From: Anthoceros angustus
Taxonomy: Eukaryota; Plantae; Anthocerotophyta
Direction: 5' to 3'
DNA: 64,000 bases
NCBI GenBank assembly: GCA_010909165.1
Contig: MU008183.1
Coordinates: 744,001-808,000, forward strand
Position numbers and translations under genes: made by a program
In this document: positions 37,801 to 49,712 of the stretch, piece after piece
Numbering within the stretch: the first letter of the stretch is position 1
How the letters are laid out: each line of letters begins with the position of its first letter
Notes under the pieces: generated by a model
Database searches by the model: none
What the model was told of the DNA's origin: nothing
The model's input: only the letters and a program-made list of their open reading frames with translations

Positions 37801-39090
37801 GTCCTATTTAAAAAATAAAAAAATTAATAAACAATTATTGGTCCTCATTATTATTATTTTCAAATAACATTCCTCATAACTTGTAGTACAATTTCACCGT
37901 ATAATCCACATATCAATTGCTGATGTGTAGCATTTTGGATTTGTATACTAAGTTGCTGTCTGTTACAACCACATGTGCAACGGAGACTTGGTTCTCTCGG
38001 ATCTGAAATAGGGCAGTCGTGAGAGTTGCCATTCGGCCAAGTACGTGGGCACTCCTTGGAAGGAAAAAAATCCGCTCTCCTTGGCTATTGAGAACATGAC
38101 GTCTCGCATAGCGCCATGTGTAGAAATGTCATGCTTTCGAGTTGTATAGCAAGCTAGGTGAGTCCTAGAGTCGTTGAAAGGGCTTCCCTGAGCAAGAGCC
38201 GAGGCCAGCTCAAGCGAGTTGGGGAATGGAGGAATCCAGGAGTAGGAATGATGAAGAGCATTTCAGTCCCAATTAGATTTAGTTTTTGGATTCCTATACT
38301 CGATGGAGCATGCTTGTTCACTTGGATTGATCCTTTTTCTACTTCTTGAGCGGTTGTCTTGAAGAGCGCACTTTAGTCCCAGTCATCTCGAAGAACATAT
38401 AAATGTGGATATGGACTATCCATATCTCTAGCCGAAGTGCACCTCATAGTATGAGGATTATCATGACTCAATAGATCATTAGATGATGATGATGTATGAT
38501 TTTGATTGCTTAGATGAAACTTGTAGGACCACATGAAGAGGGATTTACAGAGATATAAATTTTTTTTTTTGAGCATTACAATGTAGGATAAGTTGGAGAA
38601 GCGAAAGATTGGTGTGTGTAAAGAGCTCATGTGAAAAAAAACTATGATTAATAATTTAAGGTGCAAAAATTGTAAAGGAGTTAGAGTCAATTTTCAAGAA
38701 GTTATTAAAGGTTGTAACTTTAACTTGTGTACACAAGGACCTTAGGAGATGGCCTTGATTTGAAGAAATGGTTGCAAGGATTCTATAGAGATAGCTTCTA
38801 TGTCTTAAATTTTTTTTTGAAGATTTAGTGCGCTAGTTTAGCATAACCTTCATGTTTTATAATTACTAATTAAAAAATTAGAGCTTGGACTTATCAATTG
38901 AATCAAATATTGAGCTTGGTCTTATCAATTGATCATGTCTTCTTAGTTGTAGTCTCATCCATAAATGGAAATAACAAGTTGAGAAGTCCTAGTGTTTAAA
39001 AACTATACATAAGTTATATATTAGAATTTATCATTAAATATATATATTAATTACTCATATACATGGACAATATTAAGGATATATTGAGAA

Positions 39091-42000
39091 TTACACATGT
39101 TTTGACAGGAAGAGGTCTTCAAACTCTCCATGGTTACCATTTGATAGTAACACATTCGTTTCCTCAACCTTTGCCTCCTGCTTCCATATAGGTCCTTGCG
39201 GTTGACATTTTTGTAAGATTTCTACCACTTCTTGCATAGAGGGTCGATGTATAGGTATCAACTTTGTACACAATAATCCAAGTTGGAGCACATGCAACAT
39301 ACTATCATCCCACTCCGCTGCCAATGTGATGTCACGCAATTCAACCCCTTTTTCCCATTGGTTAGCTGCCCAGGCACCCAAATTGACCCCTTCCCCAAAC
39401 ACCTTGATATCAAGAGGCTTCCTTCCTGTTACTAGCTCTAACAAAACTATTCCAAAGCTGTAAATGTCACTCTTCTCTGTAATATTGTTTGTATAACTAT
39501 ACTCTGCAAAAGCACCACCACCATGTATGGTTAATAGAGGGCTAAAGTATAAACTACTAGAGCTGATGGCAATGCCGCAGGTTTGGAAACAAATAGGTTG
39601 CGGGGTCGATCTCACCTGGCGCAATGTAGCCCCTGGAACCGGCCACGCCGGTGACGGCGTCGTCCGCGGCGCCGACGTCGTCGTTTACCATCTTGGCCAG
39701 CCCGAAGTCCGAGAGGCAGGCCTCTAAGTCGACGTCGAGCAGGATGTTGTTGGCCTTGATGTCGCGGTGCAGGATCTGGCCGTCCGGCGCGTGGTGGTGG
39801 AGGTACGTCAGCGCGTCGGCCACACCGACCGCGATGCGGAACCGGCTGCGCCAGTCCAGCCCCCCGCCTGCCGGTGGCGCGTGAAGTACGTCTCCCAGGC
39901 TCCCGTGCGGCATGTACTCGAACACCAGCATGTTCCAGTCGCGCGTGGCCCCGCTGCACAGCAGCTTCACGATGTGCCGGTGCCGCGTGTTCCGGCCCAG
40001 CGTCTGAACCTCGGCTTCGAACCCGTGGTCAGCATGCTTCTTGTCCGACTGCAGCCCCTTGGGCTTGGGCAGCAGCTTCGCCGCCACGCTCGTCCCGTCC
40101 CGAAGCTCGACCTTGTACACCTGCCCGGATGCCCCGGCCCCGATCAGGCGCGCGCCCCGCAGCCCTGCCAGCACCTCCTCGGGTTCGAACCACAGGTCCT
40201 GGAACGACTTGAACGACCACTGGTCCGCGTCGCCGCCGACCTCCTGCCGAGCCCGCAGGGAGAAGCGCCTCAAGCCAGGCAGCAGGCGGTCGCAGCCAGA
40301 GCCACGGCCGCGACCGCGACCGCCAGGCTCACCCAGAGCCAGCTCCGGGTGCCGCGCGTGCCGGTGGTGAGGCTCGGGCAGGCTCACCCAGGCCGCACAG
40401 GCCCGGGTTGTCGAGGAAGGAATTGCCATAGGCGCCGGAGTCGAAGGCCGGCGGGATCGGGCCCGAGAGATCGTTGCTGGAGACGTCGAAGAAACTGAGG
40501 GTGTTGCGGAATCCGGGAGGGATGGCGCCGGAGAGTTTGTTGTCGGAGAGGTCGAGGACGGTGAGAGTGGAAAGATTGGCGAGAGATGGCGGGATGGAGC
40601 CGGAGAGCAGGTTCTTAGAGAGGTCGAGCTGCTCCAGTCTCCCGCAGTTGCCGAGCTCGGAAGGGATGGCGTCGGAGAGGAGGTTGGATTCCAGATAGAG
40701 AACCTCCAGCAAGCTGAGGTTGCCGAGACTCGGCGGGATGGCGCCTTCCAGCGAGTTGTGAGAGGCGTCTAAGCGCACCAGGGAAGCAAGATTGCCGAGC
40801 TCCGGCGGGATCGGGCCGGAGAAGCGGTTGTTGCCGATCACCAGCATGGTGCGACTCGGGGAGGCGCCTGCTTCCGGCGGGATGCTGCCGTTGAAGAGAT
40901 TGTAGGAGATGTCGATGTAGTCTAGGGTAGGGCTGGCCCAGAGCTCCTTGGGGAAGCTCCCGGAGATGGAGTTGTTGGAAGTGCGGAGGCCGTGGAGAGA
41001 GCTGCATTTGGCGTAGGAGGCCGGGAAGGGCCCGGAGAAGGCGTTGGACTGGATGGCCAAGGTTACGAGCTGGCCGGCGTTGCATGCGGCCCAGGGCACG
41101 GGGCCGGAGAAGCTGTTGGACGCGATCTCGAACTGCTTCAGCGGGCTGTTGGCGCCGAAGGTCTGCGGGAAGGGCCCGCTGAGCAGGTTGTTGAAGACGG
41201 TGAAGTTGGTGAGCTTCGTCAAGCCGGCCATGGCGTCCGGCACGCTCCCTGTGAGCATGTTGCTGATCATGGAGAACGTGGTCAGGTTGCTCCACTCTCC
41301 CAAGTCCTGCGGGAACTCCCCGCTCAGCTGGTTTGTGCTCCCGGAAAAATCCTCCATGTGCACCAGCTTCCCCATCCCGGACGGCAGGGTGCCGCTCAGC
41401 CGGTTGTCGTTGAAGTAGAACGCCTGCAAGCTGGTGAGCTCGGTGATGGCCTGCGGGATGGATCCCGAGAGCTGGTTGTTTCCGAGGTAGAGCGTTACCA
41501 GGTTCTTGAGCGTGGACACTGTATGTGGGATGGAACCTGTGAGCAAGTTCCCGGTCAGATCCAGTGCCTGGAGCGCCGTGAGGTTGCCGATGGAATCGGG
41601 GATGCTGCCGGAGAGGAAATTGCCGAGAGCCTGGAAGTCCTGCAGCTGCGTGAGGTTGCTCAGATCTGGAATGCTCCCGTTCAGCTGGTTGTCCCCGAGG
41701 TGGAGCAAGGCCAGGTTCCGGAGGCTCCCGACGGACGCCGGGATCGGGCCTGTCAGCATGTTCTGCGTGAGATCCAGGTAAGTGAGATTGGTGAGCCTCC
41801 CGATGCTTTCCGGGATGGAGCCTGTGAGAAGATTGTAGCCGAGATTCAGCACCGTGAGCTGCGTGCTGCCGATGGAATCGGGGATGGTGCCGGTCAAATT
41901 AGAGCAGTGATCCGCCTGGAACACCTGCAGCTGCGTCAGATTGCTGAAATCGGGGAGCAAGGCTCCTTCCAGCCCGTCGTTCCAGTGCACCAGAAGCGTC

Positions 42001-42593
42001 TGCAACCTCGCCAGCTTCCCGTACGCGGCAGGGATGCCCCCGGTGGTGAAGAGGTTGGACTGGAGCACCAAGGTTTGGAGCCTCCATAGCTCCCCGATGG
42101 AGGGAGGCATGCTCCCGGTCAGGTTATTCTCCCCGAGGTCCAGCGTCACCAGGTTCTGGAACACGGCGAACTTGTCCGGCAGCTCGCCCCCGATCAGGGT
42201 GAGCCGCACCTGCATGAACGTCAGCCCGGTGCAGTTGAAGAGGCCGTCGGGGAAGCTCCCGTTGATTCCCGTCATGTTGTACAGCAGCAGCACCTGCAGG
42301 GTGGGGATGTTGCAGAAGGCGGGCACCAGCGGGCCTGACAAGTCGGCGGAGGAGATGTCGAGACCAGTGACCACCTGGCTGCCTCCGCTGCCGCTGCCGC
42401 TGCTGCTGCACTGCACGCCGCTCCAGGAGCACACCGGGATGGAGGTGCTCCAATTCTCCAGCGCCCCTCCGGGATCCTCCAGGGCTGCTTTGAATGCCAG
42501 CAGGTTCGCCATGTCCGACTCTGCTCCTGCCCTAGCTGCCGGAAGCAGGAGCAGGCATGCCAGGAGCAGCGGGACGCGGCTGGAGCAGGCCAT
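39091..42593 (-). CDS. LRR receptor-like kinase (LRR-XI-like, RD kinase); as sequenced it has two 1-bp frameshifts flanking the transmembrane helix
   Basis: ATG 42593 with signal peptide; LRRNT (LLAFK...W..C.WSGV.C); over 20 plant LRRs; GNSFLDNPGLC cap; TM WLWVSLAVAVAAVALAATACCL in a different frame; kinase GAGASGQVY, HRDIKANN, DFG, GSRGYIAPEY; intron 39504-39615. Confidence 0.88.
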
Positions 42594-43456
42594 GGGGAGC
42601 CCCGAGCTCCGCGACCTCGCCCCGGCAGCAGCTGGGAGGTCCGCCGAAGGCTGTGCCTGATCAGACAGATCAAGAACTCCGCAGCACAGAGCCAGGTGGG
42701 ATTGGCCTGGTTGGAGGAGCTTTGGGTGGCGCGCGGTCGTTGGTGGTGTTGCCAGGATGCTGCGGAGGGTGCTGCGGAGCCGCCCTCGTGCGCTGTCCTT
42801 GAAGTATATATATTCGGTTAAGTGCTGAAGAACCTTCTTTTGCGAGTCGGTCAAGGTCCTCGCGCCATCAACCGGCCTTTGCTGATGCACATCAATCCAA
42901 GATGCTCGCCGGTCACCCGCTCCACCTCAGCATGCAGCTGTGGCCCCAGTTCCCATGCACATAGGCCAAGGCCACCATAGATTCGAGCCCGTCCCGTCGG
43001 ACGGGGCCGGTGAAGAAAATGGTCACGGTTAACAATATCCCGTTTGGCAAAGTCGGTAAGGGAATTGTCCTGTGTGAGTGCGGGTTTTCGGCTCCCTCCC
43101 GCAAGCTGCTCTGAATGATCAGACCGTTTTCGTTCAGATCGGCGGGTAGTGAAAGTATGGGAGCCGGCTTGCTGCAGCTGGAAAGCTCGGAGAATTGTGG
43201 GTGTTGGGTTTGTGAATCTCTCGCAGCTTCCTGGTTGAGGGGTTCCTGTCTGTGACATTCTAATCCAAACCAGCATGAGAGGATGTCTCCGGAGCATACG
43301 GAATATGGGGAACTGGAAGATGCAAGGAGGGTTTTTGACAGCTTTTTCACAGGATCCTGTATGGACAAATGGAGCAGGAGGGCCAGACTGTGACTGATCC
43401 TGCTCCTGATCCTGATCTTGTTACTTTCGCTCATCTGCTGAAGACCTGTGCCCGCT

Positions 43457-45349
43457 TGTTAGAGATTCAATCCTTTGCTACTAGTATATTAGGATATACT
43501 AGGATATTGTACTCTCGAGTCTAGGGCTTACCTCCTCGATAATTGCCTAGCCTAAGGGCTATATATGTAGCACCGTGTGCACCATATCGATGTGTACTGT
43601 GGAGCCTATCTAAGCCAGTGGTGCTATTGCATGTGCCATCCATTGCCTCTTCTTGTGTCTGCTAACTGTGTTGATCCTGTGCGTTGCCCAGGCTGTGTTG
43701 TGTCTGAGCTAGTTCTTACATGGTATCAGAGCAGGAACACTAATCGCGAGACTTGATAAGAGAGGACGGAGTTGTGATGGTGATGGGCTCAGTTACCACC
43801 GCGGCCTTGAGGACGCGGGTGTTTGATGGAGCGGAGTTCCATGTATGGAAAAGGTCCATGAAGGTTCTGCTGATGGCAGAGGACGCGTATGGCATTGCCG
43901 AGGGCAAAGAGCCGAAACCCGAAGATGAGGGGAGAGAGCAGAGAGAATGGATGCGGAGAGACCACAAGGGTACAGCCCTCCTATACATGAATCTCTCTAC
44001 GGCGGTCCAGCTGAAGGTCGGAGAACCAGACAAGGGCACGGAGTATATTTGGAATCTTCTCAATGAGAAATATGGCCAGAAGGGAGCAGGTGAAGTATTT
44101 CACTTGTTTTGTCGTGTGACGACATTGAAGTATTCAGACGGAGACAATTTGCGAAAGCACATCGACACCTTTCACGAACTGTTTACAGCGCTAGCATCAG
44201 CTAACGAGCGCTTTGCTATCCAGGAGGACATACAGAAGATGTTTCTATATCGTTCTATGCCCGAAGCTTGGTCACGGTTCATAGATATCCTATTAGCCCA
44301 AGACACTCTCACATGGGAGGAGGTCACCTCTAAGATGTTGGCGAAGGAGACTCGCCAGTTGGACGCAATGGCGGGATCTTCAACAGGTCCGCAGCATGCG
44401 ATGTTCATCAAGGGGAAGGGACGGAACAACCGGAACAAGGATAAGCAGGGGGAGTCCTCGCAGGGACAGAAGGACAAGAGAATAGTGGAGGGGCGATGTA
44501 AATGCTTCAAGTATGGTCATTATGAGAAGGATTGCAAGGATCTAAGACCGCACATCTCACGGAGGGTGAGAGTAAAGGTGAGGTTGCGAGGCAACGCCGC
44601 AGAAGAAGCATCGCACGCCAAGCAGCCGAAACGATGGATAGATCGCATGTACATCCTTTATGGTGAAGGATAAGGAGCTCCTTCAAGACTACAGGAGGGA
44701 GAAGATGCGCCTAGGGAACGAGATAGCGATCCGAGGGTGTGGGGAGGGCTCATTGCTCGACGGCGAGGTCAAGGCAATGGAAGGAGAGCTGTTTGTATCG
44801 AACCTACGTAGAAATGACGAAATTATAGAACAATGAGGTCACTGGCCCTTCATCACACCGACTAAATCGCCATGAACCTGAGTATAAGGCGCCAGCGCGG
44901 TGTAAATGACTCGACAGGAAGTGATGCCGGAGCCGAGAATGCCCGAAACCGATGGATGAATACCTACAAAAACCAAACCAACTTCAGTTTCCGGCGAAAA
45001 AGGGTTGGGATTTTTTCCAAAACCCCTTTTGACAGGAGAAACCTCTTTCTAAATAGACGCTGTTTTTAGCTTGAAGGGGGAGTGTTAGAGATTCAATCCT
45101 CTGCTACTTACTCTAGTATATTAGGATATACTAGGATATTGCACTCTCGAGTCTAGGGCTTACCTCCTCGATAGTTGCCTAGCCTAAGGGCTATATATGT
45201 AGCACCACATGCACCATATTGATGTGTACCGTGGAGCCCATCTGGGTGCTATGCTATTGCGCAGCCATCCATTGCCTCTACTTGTGTCTGCTAACTGTGT
45301 TGATCTTGTGCGTTGCCCAGGCTGTGTTGTGTTTGAGCTAGTTCTTACA
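43457..45349 (+). mobile_element. Internally deleted (non-autonomous) Ty1/copia LTR retrotransposon, 1,893 bp
   Basis: LTRs 43457-43720 and 45083-45349 (TG...CA); PBS TGGTATCAGAGC (tRNA-iMet) at 43721; PPT ttgaagggggag 45071-45082; 5-bp TSD CCGCT on both sides; gag present; integrase/RT/RNaseH absent. Confidence 0.95.
43753..44673 (+). CDS. Copia gag ORF (UBN2-type) with a degenerate zinc knuckle
   Basis: FDGAEFHVWKRSM, YSDGDNLRKHI..F, LYRSMPEAW..F, CKCFKYGHYEKDC. Confidence 0.8.
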   Translation: MIREDGVVMVMGSVTTAALRTRVFDGAEFHVWKRSMKVLLMAEDAYGIAEGKEPKPEDEGREQREWMRRDHKGTALLYMNLSTAVQLKVGEPDKGTEYIWNLLNEKYGQKGAGEVFHLFCRVTTLKYSDGDNLRKHIDTFHELFTALASANERFAIQEDIQKMFLYRSMPEAWSRFIDILLAQDTLTWEEVTSKMLAKETRQLDAMAGSSTGPQHAMFIKGKGRNNRNKDKQGESSQGQKDKRIVEGRCKCFKYGHYEKDCKDLRPHISRRVRVKVRLRGNAAEEASHAKQPKRWIDRMYILYGEG

Positions 45350-45609
45350 CCGCTCTAGTGCCTTTAAGTTCCAAATAGGCAGGCTGGTGCACATTGATAC
45401 TGTGAAAGGAGGACAGCACCCAGGACAGTCAGATGCCATCCTGGAGAGCCATGTTCAACAGAAACTTCTCCTCGAGCTTCGAGGACCAGGTCATGTGGAA
45501 CAGGGGCGAGACGGTACATGTGGGTAATCGATTCATTGAAGCGTGCATCAGCAAAGATTATGTATTGGAAGTGCAGCAAGTCTAGCAACAATCCAAGCTG
45601 TCGTGTCAT

Positions 45610-46159
45610 AAAGATGGAGGATGGTCAGATGCATCTCACCACGCTCGAGCTTTCACACCTAACGTTGTACCTCGAACATCCAGGCCTGATGACCAGAAGA
45701 TTGAGTCACCTAAATACCATGTGCATCAGCGTGAGGCCAACCGGATACACAAAATTCACGTGCTTGGACGAAAGTTGCCACTGTTACGAAATGTCGCACA
45801 ACCAACAGCTGTCATCAGCTGGCTGCAGTTAAAGGAGTTCCAGAAAAGGTCCGTGGACTCTACATGCATCCGTGCCAGTGCATAGAACAGCAAGCTCATC
45901 ACTAACTCTGTTGACAAGGATCTGCCTGCTGGACAGCAGGATGGAAGGGAGGAGTAACGTGGAAGTGACAGCCAGAGGACGCCACTCACTTTCCCTTCTG
46001 CTAGAGCTAAAGCCCACGGAAAACATTACTCCACTGCCAGAGTCCGCCTAACTGCATCCTCCACAAACGACTCATCTCGAATTGAGGTGTTCGAGGTACA
46101 ACGTTGGATGTGAAAGCTCGAGCATGGTCAGATCCCGCATCTGACCATGCTCCATCTTT
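45610..46159. mobile_element. Fold-back / TIR-like element: imperfect inverted arms of about 72 bp flanking about 400 bp
   Basis: 45610-45681 is the imperfect reverse complement of 46085-46159. The right arm contains a perfect 14-bp hairpin (46120-46133 with 46139-46152). No clear TSD. Confidence 0.6.
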
Positions 46160-47545
46160 CAGATCTAAAAGTTGTCCACGAGTTGGATCTCCTTATGTGC
46201 CTCGTTCCACTGTCTCACAGAGTTTAGCATGAAGAAGAAATGGCATAATGCATGTGGGAGCCACCCACAGTCTCTTTTGTGATGCACTATCAGTTATCTT
46301 TATGAGTAAAAGTTGCAACGTGCTTCTGCAGACACTTCATATCGATCCTGACCATGGAAGAAATGTTTTCCATGACTTAGGAACCCCTCCGGAGAGTCAT
46401 GCATTGGAACGACGGGGGCAGCCGTCGGGCTTGAGGTTCTGGGTGTGACGACGCTGAGACTCTAATGTTGCTGATTAGTAGTCTCCTGGGGTGTTTGTGC
46501 CATCCTACATGCAGAGACGACAGTCCAACTGGGTTGTTGTGACATAGCAGATTGCATCCAAGGCTGTAACCCCCTGCTGCTCAGAAAATAAGCCACTATA
46601 AACCATGTACCACTGTTTTCGATGTATAGACAGACTGCAAAGAATTGGGTCTGCATTTGCTCAAATGATCGATGTCCTGATGTCCTTTCTTCCTAAATTA
46701 CAAAAGCTGAACTTGATGTATACTCCATCGTCACAATGCATCACTCTCAACATACTCTTGATGGATGCGCCATTGTGTATCTCTGTCATATACTTGACCG
46801 GTGGCCGGTTTTTCTCTTAGTGAATTTTAATTTATTCTATATTATTTGAACTTTAAATTTATTATTTTAATTTTTAACCAAACGTCCGTTATAAGGGATA
46901 ATAAGAATGTTTGGCTTTCAATTATTTTAAAACAAGGTCGTAAAATTTCCGTATTTAAAAAAATGTTGCTACGTACATACATACACCTCGCTCGGATTGT
47001 GACTGTGTAGGCACACGAAGCCGGAAGCTAAAGCAGGCATGGCCTGTTCGTTGTGACAGTAAATAGCAGTGAATCAGAACGGCGTTCAGCATGGACCACG
47101 TCCACTCTGCTACCCAGTCTACAGCCACATTGCTTGCGTCCCAACCTGAGGTCCCGTTGGAACGTGGTAACGTCACCTTTTGCCTTTCCCCGTTCGCCAC
47201 TACGGTACTCGCTTCTTCTTGGGCCAATTTTGGGGACGGCTGCTGCGGTAATTACCTCTCTTGTACCGTCGAGATGCCTGCTCTGTTGGTGTTCGCCAGA
47301 GGGAACGGGCTCTGAGGGTGTCCGGGCCTGCTCCTTGTGCCTCTGCTTGCAGCTGTTCTTGTTGCTGCAGGCTGCCATTACGCCGCTGGCTGTCCTGTTT
47401 CTTCAGTTGCCGTCTTGTAGATTCTGAGGTCCTCTACCACGCTTTCGCAGATTCCAGTTAAGTTGTAGCCAGCTTCCGGTCTTGCAGACTCCAGATCGCT
47501 TTCCGATGCATTAAAGAGCGTTGTCGGTGGTTCTGTGCAAGCAGA

Positions 47546-49537
47546 ATGGCTGGCAGCCCTGGAGAGGGGGAGGAGGAGGAGGTGGCGCGGATGAGCGGTG
47601 ATGAGAAAGTGGAGCTAGGGAAGTGGTTTCTGACCATGTCGCCTCCGGATGAAGTTGCGGTGGTTGCTAAAGGTTTGTTCCTGCTTCAGGATAGGTTGAG
47701 TTTGTGTGATTGCCGAATTCGATGTGCGGTGTCGCTCCAGTCATTGGCTGTCAGTGCAAGAGTGAGTTTTAGCTGAAGGCGGAAGGTTTGTGAGTTTAAT
47801 GCGGAGACGTTGTGCGTTTGGTGCAGATGTGAAGGTGGTGCTGGGGAATGACAAGCTCTTTGATATTGCGGCGAATCAGGCGTTTCCTGTATATAATCGC
47901 CAGTACATGATTCCTCTTGAGCTGTCGGATGGCAATGGCAGGGTAAGGGCCTGCGTTTGACTCATTCCGACTGGAAGCTCCTGTCCTCAGGACTAGTGTG
48001 TTGACAGCCTTTTGCTGGCTCCTGGACTTGTCGTAGAGGTGTACTGGTCGGCGCCTGAGCTGTAATATGCTGATTTGGCAGGGACTCTTGCTGCTGCACT
48101 GTGGTGTGGCAGGTTCTTGTGACACAGTTCGGTGAGCTGGATGCACAGAGTTACCTCGACCCTCGCACAGCTCAAGTGGCAACAGTTGATCATGTCAAGC
48201 AGGTTGGTTCAGTCTGAAGTCTTCTGGGGTGCTTTGCTGGGACTGGTGCTTTGCCGCTGAAAGTATTTAAGCGCCTTTGCATATGTCGCCAGGTCTGCAC
48301 AGCCGTCCGGCCAGCTAGTGATGATGAACTTCCATCAGCCTTTGTGGAAGAATATAGGTGAGTCAGTGCAATGCTAGTTGCAAGTTTGGATGTCAGTGTT
48401 TGATCTTGCCAGCACGATTCATGTGGTTTGCATCTTCCTCGTGAGCCTCATGCTCTCTGATCCAACTTGCTGGTCTACTGGTAACCGAACAGAGCAGCCG
48501 TGGATGTGGAGCTATGCAAGTATGTTGAGCGAGCCTTTCCAAAAGGGGATTGTGCTGTGTACGTTACAGCTGGAAAGGATGCTCAAGAAGGGCAAGGGAT
48601 AGAACTCACAGCCGTCATTCGGAACTCCAGATTTAGAGCTGAAAACTTCTGGTCAGCTCAGCTCCTACCCTTTTTCAGTTGAGAGTACAGTTCTGTTTCA
48701 CAAAGAAAGGTCTGGTGGCCATGCGACAATCTTGTTCTGCTGCGGGACTCGTGACTGGGCCTTTGGGGTCTGCTGTTCTGCAGTAGTGGTTGCTGGCTGT
48801 CCACGTGGAACATCAAGATCAATCAGGAGGTGCAGCTGAAGGGTTATATCAAGGTAGCTGTCGCTTGTCTGGGGGAATTTCTGATAGCTGGCACAGTCAG
48901 TCAATATGGTCTTCTAGCGTAAAGTTGTTTACGTCTTTCTGGGTGCCACCGTTGCAGGTGAAGGCCCACTATTTTGAGGAAGGCAATGTCCAATTGGACA
49001 CCAGCACGGAGTGCTCAGACTCCACTGCCTTTCAGGTGTTCTGTCTGCTTTGTCCTGCTGGCAGTGTAAGCTTGTTCATTCCCCAGAGGGAATGTGAGTG
49101 ATTCTTGGAGTTCTCTGCAGAATGCAACAGATACGAGTGTCGCAATTGCAAATATCATCTCCCATCAGGAATCAGAGTACTTGACTACCTTGGAGGTACA
49201 GTCGACAGCTTTCTGCATTGCTCGGGCTTGGGTCTGGGTCTGCAGCTTATGCGCTCTCTGCTGGTGGGTTTTATGGCAGGACTCATTTGCCAAGCTGTCT
49301 GACAATATGTTCAAGGTATATTTCGTGCTTGGTCTATCTTTCTACAATCTCACCCCACCACGTTCTTTGAAAGATGCTGGTTGATATCTGCTAATGTACA
49401 TTCTGGTTGTTGAGCAGGAGTTAAGGAGAAAACTTCCAGTCACAAGAACTCAGTTTTCCTGGAATCATGCTTTGCAACTAAGCCTCTCCAGAGAACTTGC
49501 AAAAGAAATGAGTGGAAAGAAGACAGCTGCGTCTTGA
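47546..49537 (+). CDS. CPA: F-actin capping protein alpha subunit
   Basis: Ten in-phase exons: 47546-47672, 47827-47942, 48113-48202, 48293-48357, 48493-48651, 48784-48853, 48958-49035, 49121-49195, 49280-49315, 49418-49537. Motifs KWFLTMSPPDEV, VKAHYFEEGNVQL, FKELRRKLPVTRTQFSW. Confidence 0.95.
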
Positions 49538-49712
49538 AACCCAGGACTCCTGTAATTACTTGGTAGGCTGGACTATGTGTATAAGTGGGTGGTGGTGGTG
49601 GTTGGTGCTGCATCTAGTCAGAAAGGAGTATGTGTTCTAAAAATTGCGTTGAGAGTGTGCCGACGTCGTCCTGGGGAGATTGCCTTGTGCATAGTTGAAA
49701 GCTTCAGCGAAA

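Larger units (their letters stand above)
43250..45590 (+). pseudogene. Degraded PLS-PPR pseudogene interrupted by the copia element
   Basis: EYGELEDARRVFD and PDLVTFAHLLKTCA lie before the insertion. Removing the element and one TSD restores LLKTCARSSAFKFQIGRLVH (L-motif-like), followed by a VHVGNRFIE S-motif remnant with stops. Confidence 0.55.

Noticed and set aside
40615-42660. Long alternative-frame and antisense ORFs (e.g. 40992-42089, 365 aa) over the LRR region
   Set aside because: Expected from high GC and stop-codon scarcity; the periodicity mirrors the LRRs.
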